Origin: Camelus dromedarius
Lineage: Eukaryota
Length of the DNA: 64,000 nucleotides
Assembly: GCF_036321535.1 (NCBI RefSeq)
Contig: NC_087437.1
Location: forward strand, 20,214,001-20,278,000
Direction: 5' to 3'
Below the pieces are notes generated by a model that was not told the origin of the DNA, did not search any database, and saw nothing but the letters and a program-made list of their open reading frames with translations. A program made the position numbers and the translations under genes. Positions 25,386 to 38,190 of this stretch are shown one piece after another. Numbering within the stretch: position 1 is the stretch's first letter; each line of letters opens with the position of its first letter.

Positions 25386-26219
25386 AAATGAACATAGATG
25401 AGAGGAGGTCAGAAGTCTGTAGGTAAACTCTGCTCCCACGGGAGGTAGGCGCCTCCCACCATGTAAGGAATGTTCCACAAAAAGTTTGATTCCTGCTCAT
25501 CTTGACCAAGGACACTCACCGGCAGTTTGAATTGTTATAATCAACCATGGACTTTTTTTTTTTAACTTGAAATATAGATTAATATTTCAGGAGAACATGG
25601 TTCTAATTTACAGCAAAGACCTTTGGTTTAATCAGCAAAAGAAAAAAAAACAAAAAAGAAGCCCATGAACATCACGGGCCCGCTTATGTCTTCCTGCTGC
25701 ACTCCAGGCTGGGTTTACCTCTTTGGCCTTTCATTATCTTATTCTGTTACATGGCTTTATCTCTGACACTTTGGGATGAAAATGTGATTTGCCATTCAAA
25801 GGTTTCAGCAAAAATCACACTCTAGTCAGCAAATTGAGAGTCTGATAAAGGAACAGAGGGATGGAGGGAGGCTTTGAAAGGATGTTTCAAAGTGTTTTTA
25901 ATTAAATCTGTGTTATTATTTAGGATGGTGGAGAATCATTTGCATGCATTACAGGGTTTGTGTGGAATCTCAGTCGTGCTGTTCTTACAGCTGTAGCATT
26001 AGCCGTGGACCCTAAGGGCAATGTGACAAGTTTGCTTCTTCAGTCAGATATGTTGTGAGCAGTGCCTACTGTGTCTACCTGCTTTATACTAGTCATTAAG
26101 CTGGCTTCTGTGGGGTCACAAAGACATGCTTGGCAAAACCCCTGCTGTGTCATACCGGGGGCTAGATGACAGTACCTGGTCGTAATTCCACAGGAGGAAG
26201 AAGGGGTTTGAAGGACTGA

Positions 26220-26430
26220 ACGTTACTGAGCCTTTCTGTGTTGGGATCTGCTCCAGGTGCTTTGCCTACATTCACTCTTTTAATCGTCACAACAGTCTGC
26301 AAAGAAGAACCATTACCCCCATTTCACAGATGGGAGACCTGAGGCTCAGAGCAGTGAAGTGGCTGGTTTTAAGCCACACAGCCCCTTAGTTGGTCTCCCT
26401 ACAAACCTGTGTTCTTTCCACTACAGCGCA
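26220..26430 (-). mobile_element. MIR SINE
   Basis: cccatttcacagatgggagacctgaggctcagagcagtgaagtgg. Confidence 0.75.
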
Positions 26431-26789
26431 CTGCCTCCTGAGGCAGCTGAGGGGCCAACCATCCGTGAAGGCTGCCCTTGCCCACAGCTGTGAATCACAT
26501 TGTCCGTCACACCAGTCGGGGGAGGGAGGCATGGTCCTAGGCTTTTCAACAAGCCTTCTCCAAACTCCTAGACTACAGAACCCCCTATTAAAACTCTGTC
26601 CCTTCCTAAGCAATTCCTTCCAAGCATTTCACAATTTAAAATATATGGTTGTTTGTATGATTATTTGGGGAAAAAATGGGATCTACAACTCAAAATCCAC
26701 TCCACTTACCCCTTGAATTAAGACAGACCATCTGAGAACCACATTGTACCTGGACTTCATCCCAGGGCCCCTCTCAGAACAGTTTTATC

Positions 26790-27010
26790 AATAGCAATTT
26801 CTACTGACTACTTACTGTGTGCTGAGTGTTGAATTGAGCAGGTTTTATGCATTATCTTATTTGTCCTTACCATAACCCATTTTACAGATGAAGAAGACTG
26901 AGGCTTAGGGAGTTTAATTGGCCCCGGGTCATGCAGGTGGTCAGTGGCAGATCTGGAAATCACACCTAAGCCCGTGCCACTTCAAAGCCCTTGTTGGCAA
27001 TTGTGCACTA
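26790..27010 (-). mobile_element. MIR SINE
   Basis: cccattttacagatgaagaagactgaggcttagggag. Confidence 0.75.
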
Positions 27011-30000
27011 CACCGTCTTGCTAGCTCCGTGTGCTTACTGGAGTAGACCTTGATGTTAAACTTTCAGACCACGTTGAAGGGTGTTGTAAGAACCAGCCTC
27101 CTGAACTCACTATTGGATTAAGAAAGGGTGATGTTGAGAACAGTGATCTCTACATCACATGACGTCTCCTTTTGGGAACCCACAAGAAAGACTAGTGTCT
27201 GGACACACTAAGAGGGAGCTCTGCTTCATTTGCTGGGCGGGATACAGCAACACGACTCATGCTGGCTCAGAGCATCGGCGTCTATAAAGTGTGGAACAAG
27301 CTGGCAGCCCTTCTGCTAAGGAATGTAGACCCTTTCAGCACACATTTAGGGGACAAACCACAGAGACTCCCTCCAAAGCTTCATCTTAACTTTCTGTCTT
27401 AGCTGGTGTCCTAGAAAGCCAAGCCTGGGGCCAAAACTGATGAGTGTCTCCTTTACAGTAAGGAGGCTAAGCCCAGGGAGATGAGAGGGAGGGGAGCGTG
27501 AGGCGGGGGATGAGGAAGATACATAAAGAGGTGGCGTTCCCAAGCTTGGGCACTGCTTGTGACCAAGTTCGGCTGATTGCTCTTCCAAAGTAGTTATTAA
27601 CTATGAATAACTGACCACCGTGTCTTATGTGAGGAGAGAAAGGGAGAAGAACTTGTCCACTGACACCCGTCTCCCAGTTGCCCCAGGAGCGTTCACACCC
27701 CAGTATGTGTGGGTGACAGGAGTCCTGCTGTGTCTCAGGGCTCAGAGGTGGCTGGGGAGCCCCCGGCAGGCTGAGGGGCTGCTGGGCTGCGGCTTGAGAA
27801 GCCCGTCACTGGGCAGCAGCTGGGCGGACCATGCAGAGATGTACTTGCCACAGTGGCAGCTGGAACCAAGTGTGGTCGTGACCCTCCCTGCCTCCTGCAG
27901 AGAAGGTGCTGAGACCTGAGGTGGCCCAGGGAGGTGTCGGACAGGCTCTCCTTCCCACATTCTCCCTTCCATGGCTTCTTCCTGTTTTCTGACTGATTTT
28001 TTAAGTATTGACTTTTATCCTCATAAGCCACACACAGTCTGCTTCAGGATGGGCCAGGGTATAAATACAACTCAACAATCTTTGCTGTGCACTAATCCAG
28101 TCTCTCCAGTAAGAGTCATAGCCTTGGGGCCGCCCTCCTCTGTCCCCCCAAGAGTGGCTAACGTGGGTGCTTGAGGCTGACCCAGTGCAGCCGCCAGGCC
28201 GTTGTCATCGCCTCTTCTCACACCAGCAGGTGGCCTTCAACTCACATCTCATACCATGTGTAAGGCTTGGGTTCTGGAAGCATCTCCTCTCAGCCTTGGT
28301 TCCATTTGTCATTGAAAATCCCAAGAACCTACAAGGACAGCATTCCTCAGAGTCCCCAATGCTGAGTGCTGTGCCTGACACTGTGGGCATTTGATGAATG
28401 TTTTTGCACTAACTCAAATACTTAACAATGATCATATAATAATAATAACCATTTATTGAGCACTTACTATGTGCCCAACACTGCACTAGCTGGTTTATGT
28501 TGTTAATCTTCATGTAACTCAGCTCTTACCAGCTGTGGCTCAGTCATATAATCTGATGACAAAACTGGATTTCTGTGATGATGGATTTTGCTAGAAAAAA
28601 AAATTATGTACTACCTCTCTGACTTTGAAAATGTCAACCCAATACTGAGCCCTTAGGGAGTCTGCCATCTCCAGATGTTTCTCTTTTTTAATTCCCTTGG
28701 TCTCAAGGTTTCCTTTTCACTGCATGATGGACAGCCCCGTGTACTGATGGCACTGAGAAGACTCTCCCTCTCCAGAGCTCAGCAGTGAGGTGGCCTTTAA
28801 TTACCTGATGTCTGCAAGGTCCCAAAAGTGTAATCAGTTTGGTTGGACCCTGTAATTAAATGGTCAGCCAAGCACGTGGGAGGATACCAGCCCCACAAAC
28901 TGGGGCAGAGTTGCCCTACAGCTTGGGTGGCTGGAGCAGCATTTAGAGATGGTGGAGGGGTCGGGTAGGGAGCTGGTCTTTGTGCCAGACAGCTCTGCTC
29001 ACTGGCAGGAGCACCTTCAGTGTGGGGAAGGGTACTACCCCTCCATCTCCAGATATTTCTCAGGGAGTGTCTCCGATCAGCCTGTCAGGTGCCTGAAGTT
29101 CCATCCCTCTTCATTCATGGGGTCCACATACCTAAGACTCCTGTAAAAAAAAAAAAAAAAAGGCAAATGTTCTCATTGAGAAGAGGGCAAGGTGTGGATA
29201 TCAGGATACTGCATGGGGAGCCAGGAAGGTCCAGGTTAGGGGCCCCCAAGTTGGGGTTCAGGAATTCAAAGTCAGCCCATGATCCCCAAGGATTCTGGTC
29301 ATAAATATCCCCTCCTTCCACCCAGCATGACACTAAGGCCTTTCTTCTCATTGACTATCAGGGGCTGGTCCCCAAACCAGCCTCACTGGTAATGGTTTAA
29401 GGACACAGAAAATATATCGGGGAGTTGAGAAAACAAACCAAGCAGCATGTATACATGTGTGGATGACCACAGAAGAAAAGCATATTTAAAAATTAGGAAT
29501 ACGCTTCCACTGGTGAAGGAGAGAGAAACTTCATAATAGATACGGGGATCTCACCAGGGAACCAAAGCAAACCATCCAAGCAGGAGTCTCCAGTCCTGAA
29601 TCTACAACATGACCTGTGTTCAGAGGCTGCAGAACTGGGGTCACCAGTCCTGAATCAGTGGAGGGAGGGGGTCTGCCATTTCTCTGCCTGCATTGGACTA
29701 GTGTTGCTGCTGCTGATTCGGCCGCATGTGTGTTTAGTGCGTGGGAGGAAACACCAAGGAAGCCATGCCTTCTAGAATCAGGTGTTCCCTTCCCCCTCAT
29801 AAACTACCTCTGATGGAATCGGGGTGCCTCCGCAGGCCTGACTTTTCTTATTTGCAGAACGCACGTAACACTCCCCCATTCGTCCTCCCAGGGACTCTGA
29901 GGAGAAAGTGGGATAAGATTGCGAGTTCTTTGAAAATGATAAGGTTTTATTTCATTAATGGAAAATGATGAGTGCTGTTACCATTAATGATGGTTATTAA

Positions 30001-30286
30001 GCATCTATTATTAAAACAAATTAATCCTAAATCTGATGAAGAAAGATGTGGGTATCAATACATAAATGAGATCTAAATGGATGCGTTTAAAAGCAGTAAT
30101 GGTGGTCGTTGAGTACCAGCCTGGCTCCCCTCACTTCTAGGTGAGTGTTGGCGGGTGGAGAGGACCCCCTGCCCTGCCTAATGGAGTGAGTCTGGTTTGG
30201 AGAAAACCAGCCCTGCAAGCAGCACATTTGCTGCACAAGGCACCTCCCCTCCCAGAGCAATCCATCCCCTCCCCCGCCTCGCTTGT

Positions 30287-30287
<1 letters not shown>

Positions 30288-30336
<49 letters not shown>

Positions 30337-30357
30337 CCCCCCCCCCTCTCTCCTTCT
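30288..30357. repeat. (CT)n microsatellite merging into a C-run (polypyrimidine tract)
   Basis: Directly visible tctctc... run, then cccccccccccc tctctccttct. Confidence 0.93.
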
Positions 30358-30929
30358 CTGTAGCTAGCTTGCTTGAATTTCTATCCTTTTCTCCTTCAGC
30401 TAGGGGTCTGAAAACGCAGTCCAGACAGAGGTGTTAGCAAGAGCAGTCCCCATCACTCTTACAGTCTTAACAGCCTTCGCATGTCTTCAGCCCGCAGCTA
30501 CCACGCATGCAAGGACAAACAGCGGCTGTCAGTTCTCCCCCGGCCTGTAGGAGCAGCCCACCCCTGCCCGGCCTGGGGGCTAGGTGCAGGGAGGAAGGCG
30601 CCCCGCAGCTCAGTGTTTAGGGAGGAAAAGAGGTGCTTCCTGAGGCAGCCTCACCTCCTCTCCAAGGCCCTCCAGCATCCCACAGTGCCCACTTCCCCTT
30701 GTCCTGCAAGAATCCCTACCAGACCCACTATTCAAATTCATATCCAATCACTGGTTGTTTTTTCTTTCTTGAGTGATAGTACCACATAGTGGTTTAGAGC
30801 AGAGCTTCTCAGCTTTAATCTTGTTAGGATGCAGATTCTGCTTCAGGAGGTTGGGGTGGGGTCGGGGATTCTAGTTTCTAGCAGAGGCTGCTGCTGACTG
30901 ACGGCTCACACTTTGCTCAGCGAGGCTTT

Positions 30930-31100
30930 CCAGCCTGGCTCTAGACAAACTCACTGTGTGACCTTGGGCAAGTTACTTAACCCCTCTGAGCCTCCATGGA
31001 TCTGGAAAATGAGAAGAATAATAGTACTGTCTCCAAGAGTTGTTGGGAGAACGGAATAAGGCACCGCATGCAAAGTTCTTAGCCCAGCAAGTGGCACAAA
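30930..31100 (+). mobile_element. MIR SINE (3' part; a MER5-like fragment lies just upstream at ~30800-30920)
   Basis: ctgtgtgaccttgggcaagttacttaacccctctgagcctc. Confidence 0.8.
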
Positions 31101-31889
31101 GTGGGTGAGAGAGGGCGCTACTCACATAATGGGGGTCAGTGGTGATGGCAGGATGACGAAGTGGGAGCCTTCAAAGTGCACATTTCCCTGGGGAGACATT
31201 TCAGAGATGTCGAAAAGCACGCCTTTTCGGCTTAGCACTGCCTGGAACCAAGGCCAACCAATTCCACACCTCCAAACGGAAGGACTGGGAGCAAATGAAC
31301 ACCTCTTGGACAGAAGGAGCAGTTGGAGGTGCAGAGACCTGTGTGCACATAAGGGGTGGACCAGCGCCAGCCGCCGGGCTCTCCACATCCCTGCGTGCCA
31401 TTTCCATGCAGAAGGCATCCGCGGGCATTTCAGGAAAACAAGCCCCTATTACACAGCATGGAGCTCGTGGGGAAACGTGGCTTTGGGGAGATTCCATAGG
31501 TCTCCAGCCGTGTTGTGTGTGGCCAGCCTCACCCGTTTAAATGTCTTTAGGTAGATGAGATTCTTGTTTGTTTGTTGTCTAAAGTGGTCATTGGTTACAC
31601 GTGATGAGAAGCACTCTTCAAAATATTAAAGGGATTCACAGGTCACAGCCGCTGTGCCTGGTATTAGCGGAGGATTTGGGGACTGGGGTGGGGAGGTGGG
31701 AGCCGTGTGGGGAGTGGGGTGTGGAGGGGTGGGAGCTGGCCTGGGCGGGCCAACCCGGGTGGGAAAAGGAGGGGAAGGAGGGGTGAGCAACGAAAGTGGG
31801 GTGCCAGAATGGAGCCTAGTGCGAGGAGACAACAGTGAGGAAACCCGTGTGTTTGGAGAAGCAGGGATTACGAGTTGGGTGAGATGGTT

Positions 31890-32377
31890 GTGTTTGTTTC
31901 CTATTGTTACTTTACAAGTTGCCACACACTCCATAGCATCAAACAACACATATTTATTATCTTGCGGTTTGGAGATTATCTTATAGAAGTCTGAAATCTG
32001 GGCTGAAATCAAGGTGTTGGAAGGGCTGTGCTCTTTCGGAAAGCTCTAGGGGAGAATGGGTTTCCTTGCCCTTCCCAGCTGCTGGAGGCTGACCTCATTC
32101 CTTGGCTCACAGCCCCTTCCTCTGCCTTTAAAGTCAGCGGTCACAGCACACAGACCTCCACTTCATCCTGAAAGCTCTGACTCTCCTACCTCCCTTAACT
32201 TACTACAAGGACCCTGGAGATTACATTAGGTTTATCTAGATAACCCAGGCCAATTTCTCATCTCAAAACCCTTCACTTAATCACCTCTGAAAAGTCCCTT
32301 TGCAATGGAAAGTAACACAGTCACAGATCTCAGGGCTTAGGGTTTAGATATCCATAGGGGCCGGTATTCTGCCTACA
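31890..32377 (-). mobile_element. MaLR solo LTR, MLT1D/C-like
   Basis: tttcctattg...aaacaacacatatttattatct...ggctgaaatcaaggtgttgg...ttaatcacctctgaaaagtcccttt...attctgcctaca. Confidence 0.82.
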
Positions 32378-32754
32378 TTTTGGGGGTGACTTAAATGTGT
32401 CTGTCTCCCAGGATTTTGTGGGAAATGCAATTTATTAAGGAAGTTCCTTAAAAAGAAAACAAAAAGTTCATCCAAGAGTTTGGGACAGAGGGAAAAAGAC
32501 CTTTTCGTGACCCAGCTATATTAGCAGGTTTGGAAGGAGAATGTCCCCCTCACACAAGGACTGAGGGCCCAGGGTCATACGTGGCATCGGGTAGAGTTGC
32601 TTTTATCCGGGATCTCCAAGGGAGAGCCACAGGAGAGGCAAGGCAGCCTGCAGGCCGCGAGGACCTGGGAGAGCCTGCTGCCCTCAGTCTTCTCTCCCTC
32701 TCTTCAGCCCCCTCCCCTTACCAGAGAGTTGCAAAACCTCCCTTAGACCCTTAG

Positions 32755-33971
32755 TGTAGAAATCTCTCCTGCATGTTTCTCCTTTACTCTCACCCTGTAC
32801 CACATGCACAGCTCTTCTGATCCCAGGTGTGTTGTTTTTTTTGTTTGTTTTTTCATCTTTCCACACCAAGCAATTTTCTCCAACACCAGCTGGGTGTCCG
32901 ACAATTCAGTTCAATTCTGATGCTAACTGGAGTTAGCACAGACCCCGGAGATTAGGGGCTCCCTCGCATGAGACTGCCCCCACTTCAGATGCCAGTCACA
33001 AGTCGTAGGTCCCCAGGTCGCCCACCGCTTCTGTCCAGCTCGGCCACACATCGGAGGTTCCCATGGCCCCCTCCTTGGATTTGATCATTTGCTGGGCCAG
33101 CTCACAGAATTCAGGGGAACACTTACTCAGGTTTACCAGTTTATTATGTAATAAAATACACAAATAAAGGATACAGACGAGCAGCCAGATGAAGAGATAC
33201 GTAGGGCGAGGTCCAGAGTGGCCCACACGGGAGCTTCTGTCTTCATGGAACTGGGGTGTTACCCTCCAAGTACACAGAAGTGTTCCCCAACCCAGAAGTT
33301 CCCTGAACCCCATTCTACTGAGATTTTTATGACGGTTTCACCACACAGGCATGATAGATCCTTAACTCTATCTCCAGTCCCTCTCCCCTCTCTCCTACCT
33401 GGAGAACGGTGGGTAGGACTAAAGTTCCAAGCCTTCAGTGGTGGCTTGGCCTTTCTGGTGACTGGCGCTCATCCAGGAGCCCACTTTCCTCATTTCTATC
33501 ACACAGCAGATTCCAAGGGGTTTATGAGCTTGGGGTCAGATGCTTCTACCACTCAGGAGATTGACTCAGGGTCTTGGGAGCTCTGTGTCAGGAATTGGGG
33601 TCAAAGGCTAAATGTTAGAACAAAAGATTCTCCTAGCACCCCTATTTACAAAAAATTTAAGGTCAGGAACCAGAGGTTAAGCCCAATCTTATATATATAT
33701 ATTTATTATTATTATGTAATATATTATGTTATGTTATATAATACATACTATACACCATATTATATATTATATAATATGGCATATGATATATACATAGGTT
33801 TCTTACTATCGTATATTATAGTTATATTATATAATTAAATTATATATTTGTATTATATAATGTTATATGTATTATATTTTATATTATGTAATATTATATT
33901 ATATATTTTATATCATATATAGTATGTTATATATATTATATATACACACATATGTTTCTTATTATCTCACA
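32755..33971 (-). mobile_element. MER21-like solo LTR containing an AT-rich expansion
   Basis: cacaccaagcaatt...caccagctgggtgtcc...ccccacttcagatgcca...aaggatacaga...cagccagatgaagagat; TG...CA ends; near-TSD cttag (32750-32754) / ctcag (33972-33976). Confidence 0.82.
33690..33945. repeat. Degenerate (TA)/(TAT)n low-complexity expansion
   Basis: About 255 bp of almost pure A/T alternation inside the MER21-like LTR. Confidence 0.92.
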
Positions 33972-34454
33972 CTCAGGCATAAGAATAAATGCTCTAGGAA
34001 GTGATCTTAAGGCTGAGCATCTTCCCGCTTCTGCCAGATTGCTGGAGAGGGAGCCTCAGAGACCTGGCCCAGCAGAGCCAAGGCTCCGGCTCACCAGCAG
34101 GACCTCAGCCTCTTCCACACGAGGCAGGGTGCCTAGCACATGGCAGGCTGCATGCATATTGATTGAATAGATGAATGAATGAATGGATGAATTAATGACT
34201 ACAGTGTACATACCTTTTAGTGGGATTAAATTATTTAATTAGGCATTCCCCTTTTATGTACACTCCCTGAACAGCTATAACCTCTCACAGCTCACCATTA
34301 TTATACAGGATTCAAAGAATCTTCTTTCCTCATACAAAAAACCAGTGGTGACCTGTATAGCCACTTGCTGTTGCTGTCCTGGTGGGTGACAGGATGGAAT
34401 GCTGTGAAGGCCTTCTGTCCCTCACCGTGCACTTTGGGAACATGGTAGGAAAGC

Positions 34455-34863
34455 TGTTATGGATTGATTTGGGTCCCACCAAAGCAGACGGTAAAGTCCT
34501 AACCTCCAGTACCTCAGAATGTGACCTTATTTGCAAATAAGGTTGTTGCAAATGGAATTAGTTGAGATGAGGTCATACTGGAGTAGGGTGGCCTCTAAGC
34601 CAATATGACTGGTGTCCTTATAAGAAGACAGCCATGTGAAGACAGGGGATTGGGAGGATGCGTCTGTGAGCCCATGAGTGCCCATGGCTTCCTAAACTCA
34701 GAGGCATGGAGCCAATTCTCCCTTGGAACCCTAAGAAGGACCAACCCCACGGACACCTTGGTCTCAGACTTCTAGCCTGCAGAACTGTGAGGCCAATAGT
34801 TCTTACTGTTTTAGGCCACTAGTGGGCGGTCCTTCCGCGCAGCATCCCTAGCAGCCTAACACA
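34455..34863 (+). mobile_element. MaLR solo LTR, MLT1C/B-like
   Basis: tgttatggattga...ccagtacctcagaatgtgaccttattt...gatgaggtcatactgga...cagaactgtgag...ctaacaca; near-TSD aaagc/aaggc. Confidence 0.87.
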
Positions 34864-35638
34864 AAGGCCAATGTGGAGTCGGGGACTTAGGCCCTCCCAG
34901 TTTTGTTAGAAGGCTTTGTCAAACTTTGGCTTCGAACAATGTAGCTTGGATGGAAGTCAGGATGAATGAGCCACACTTCTCTCAGCTAATGTGGAGGCCC
35001 TGTTGGATTTTCTGACAGCTACAATCAGACTGAAGCTTGGACCTAGCAGGTGCTTTGCACTTGGAAATCCACGCCAAGTAACTAACCTGGGTGTAGAGCT
35101 GGTCAGCGCACCGGCCTTCTCTCAAGAGCGAGGGAAGGTTGGTGCCGGCAGGTTTTTATGCTTGTTTGGGTGTTTCGGGGGCAGGGCAGGGGGTCTGGGG
35201 AGGGAGAAGAGGTACTGCTGGATCTGTTCCCAAAGCTTTGTAGGGACCAAAACCCAGAAAACTCCCCAGGGCCAATCTCCCTGACTGGCTGGGCTTAAGA
35301 TCTTGGAGGTGCTAATGGATTTAAAACCATAACTGTTCCCTAAAGATTTCTACAAATTCTCCCAAGCTGAATGGACTGACTGTTCAAACAAAGTACCCAA
35401 TTTCTTTTCATGGAATTCCAGGCAGAGGCAACCTGTTCACATGCCTTCCCTGGAGGCCCCTGTGATATGCAAATCAGCCTGTCTCTCCCCAGAAATCTCT
35501 GCGGGAGAGTGGGATGGGGAGGACCAAGTGATCCCCGTGTGGCTAGGATGGGGGCAACCATGGGATGCGTGTGGCCAAAGCCCGCTGATAGCCTTTCATT
35601 ATAATCAGGTACTGCGAATGCCACCAGAGCAAGGTCAG

Positions 35639-36809
35639 TGTGGGGAGCCCGCGTGGCGGAGGGTCTGTGCCGAGACCCAGCCGCTCCATGTGGAAGGCAC
35701 ACTCGTCTCAGCTGCACCGCTGACACTCAGCAGGCGGGCACGTGGTGGAAGGCAAGACAGGTTAGCCACACAGAGCCTTGTTTATGGAGCCAGTACCTGT
35801 GGGTTCTGGTCATCGTAGGTTTTGTCCAGCAAGTCCCAGTGCAGCAGAACGAGATTATTCAAGACTTTATTAGGTCAAGAGAGTGAGAGGGAGCCGGAGA
35901 CCGCCTCCCCGAGCTCCTCCAGAGCTCTTGTATTTATTGAGAATAGTCAAACAAAGAGTCGAAGTGAAATATGTCACTGAAATGAGTAAGGGGCATGGTA
36001 TACGTGCAGGGATGCAGGTCAGCAGTTTCAGTTCGTGAAAAACGGGAACATTATAATCTTAATTTATACTTAGAGAGAAGGTTACAATATTGATAGTACA
36101 GATGGTTATTTTAAACCTCAAACAATCATGAGCAAGGTTACAGTGTTCCGAATAATTGATAATGAAAACCCAGACCACCACAGAGTCTCCATACAATGAT
36201 CAGAAATCGTCTAAGCATGTGAAGCAGCCCAGCTGTCCCCAGCTAAGGGCTAAGTCACAGTCTTCTGTGAGCAGGAGCAGCCTACACAATCCACCTGCGC
36301 CTGATGAGCGAAGCATGTCCTGCCGGTTAGGGCAGCGGACGAGTTATGGTTTTATATAAGCACAAGCAGCCCTGAGTCTATGACCTCGAACTAAGCAAAG
36401 CGAACAAAGCATATCTCTGCTTTTTACAGCAAGGAGACAGTTCGTAGCAGATTCCTGCTAGCAAAGCAGCTTCAAGGCAACTGAGCTCAGTTCCATAGAT
36501 AAGGTGGTGACTGGAATTGCGAGTTTTGTGTCTTATGCTCTTAGACGTTTTTCTTTGAAGTAGCAGTATAATGACAAATATAGAAAGCATTGGTTTTGAT
36601 TATACCTTTCTTACGTGTTTACATAAAGGTGAGAATACACAAAGGTGAGAATATGATTTGGTAAAAGCAATCACTACAATATCAAAGTTTGTTAACCCAA
36701 GTTGCTGCTCCCACAACACCTGAGGACAACCCTGCGAGATTTGAGATGCAAGACACGCTGGCATATGCTGTGTATTTGGAGATGGAAACACTTAACCACT
36801 TCCATCCGT
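35639..36809 (-). mobile_element. Candidate young ERV2 (betaretrovirus-like) solo LTR, ~1.17 kb
   Basis: Left end tgtggggagccc; 6-bp direct repeat ggtcag at 35633-35638 and 36810-36815; reverse AATAAA (tttatt ~35866-35871) and reverse TATA-like element (~35931-35938) in LTR order; visibly more CpG than the flanks. The right terminus lacks a perfect CA. Confidence 0.62.
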
Positions 36810-37891
36810 GGTCAGCTCAATTTTCCAAAGAGGGCCAAACTTATTATTTGAATCATTCAAGGGCGATTTATTCACCAGCACCAAGATATAGGTCAACTAA
36901 ATTATAATTCTACTTCTCTAAAGATACCCACTGAGGTTCCACCTTTTCTTTTTTAAACTTGCAAGGGGGAGTCAGACTGTGTATTTACAGATAGCCAGCC
37001 TCAATAAGAATTTTGGTAGAATAGTGGTAGAATGAAAAATTAATTTTCTTCAAATACACGAAGAGTTAGCTGCGTCTCGGCAGCCTGTATATTAGGGTCC
37101 TCTTCAAAGAGCCTACGATCCTCATCTTTGCCGAGAGATAACATCCAAAAGCACGAGGAAACAGGAGTTCTTTCTCCAGCCCTGCTATTAACAGGCTGTT
37201 TCACCTTGAACGAGTCCCCGGTGCTCTCTGGACCCGAAGGCTGGTCCCTGAAGGGGACCCTCCCACCCACTCTTCTGCAACTGCCCCCAAATGTCAGCCT
37301 CCCTGAGGCTGGAGAGAGTGATGTGGGACAGCTCACAGCTATTTATCTGCTGATAAGTAGCAAGAGGAGAAATTAAGCAGAGAAAGAAACATTTTTGCCC
37401 CAAAGTACTCCCTCCCTCCATTCCTCCTGCCAATCCTTGCTTCTCCTGCCGAGTCCCTAAGAGACTGAGAGCCCCTTTGGGAGACACCTCCCTCCTTCTG
37501 TCTATGTCTCCTCTGCCTGAAGGCAGGGGGCTGAGGGCTCCCTAGATTGTGGCCTGTCTTCCTTGAATCTTCACCACCTGTCTCTCCTTCGCACATCCCT
37601 CCTTACAGTGCTCTCTGGGCCGCCAGGTCATGTAAGTGCATTCCTCACCTTCTCTTTGGAAAGGTTGCTGGGCACTTGGTACCCAGGATTTGGTACCCAT
37701 AGGTCATGGCTGAAAGGTTGTATGCCTAGTACCAGAGGAAGAGGACTCAGGGGAGAGCAGACAGGGCTTTGTAGAGCATGACAGCTGTTCACCCATCCAT
37801 CCCTACTTTGACTTACACAGTCCGCATTTACCAAGAACCTACGGTGCACATGGAGACACCTGTGGTCCTTGCCCTCACGGATCTCAGAATC

Positions 37892-38190
37892 AAGGGCTGG
37901 CCTGACCAACAGGCATAGCCACCAGCCATCTGTGATGGTGGAGTGCTTGAAACATGGCTTGTCTGAACTGAAATATGCTCTTAGTACAACATACACAATG
38001 AATGCCAAAGGCTTAGTAAGAAAGGTAGAACATAAAATATCTTACTAAGTTTTAATATTGAGTACATGTTGCAATGATGAATGGATATATCTGATTAAAC
38101 AGAGCCTTTTATTAAAGTTCATTCTCTTTTTTCTCTTTTAGTTTTTTAATGCAGCTACTAGAAAATGTGGAATGACAGATGTGCCTTGAA
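37892..38190. mobile_element. hAT-Charlie non-autonomous DNA transposon, MER33-like
   Basis: tagccaccagcca...gtgcttgaaacatggct...tacatgttgcaatgat...ttttaatgcagctactagaaaat. Confidence 0.72.

Noticed and set aside
28223..28236. CTCF-like CCAGCAGGTGGCCT (and ccagcaggtggaag at ~39273 in the LTR)
   Set aside because: Weaker 3' match than the 62881 site; such matches are expected by chance in 64 kb.
33218..33838. 206-aa ORF on +
   Set aside because: Lies within the MER21-like LTR and runs into the TA expansion, giving a Y/I-rich artefact.
36378..36791. Minus-strand 70-aa and 63-aa ORFs in the candidate ERV2 LTR as an MMTV sag-like gene
   Set aside because: Short, discontinuous and without recognisable similarity; would need an intact ORF in the family consensus.
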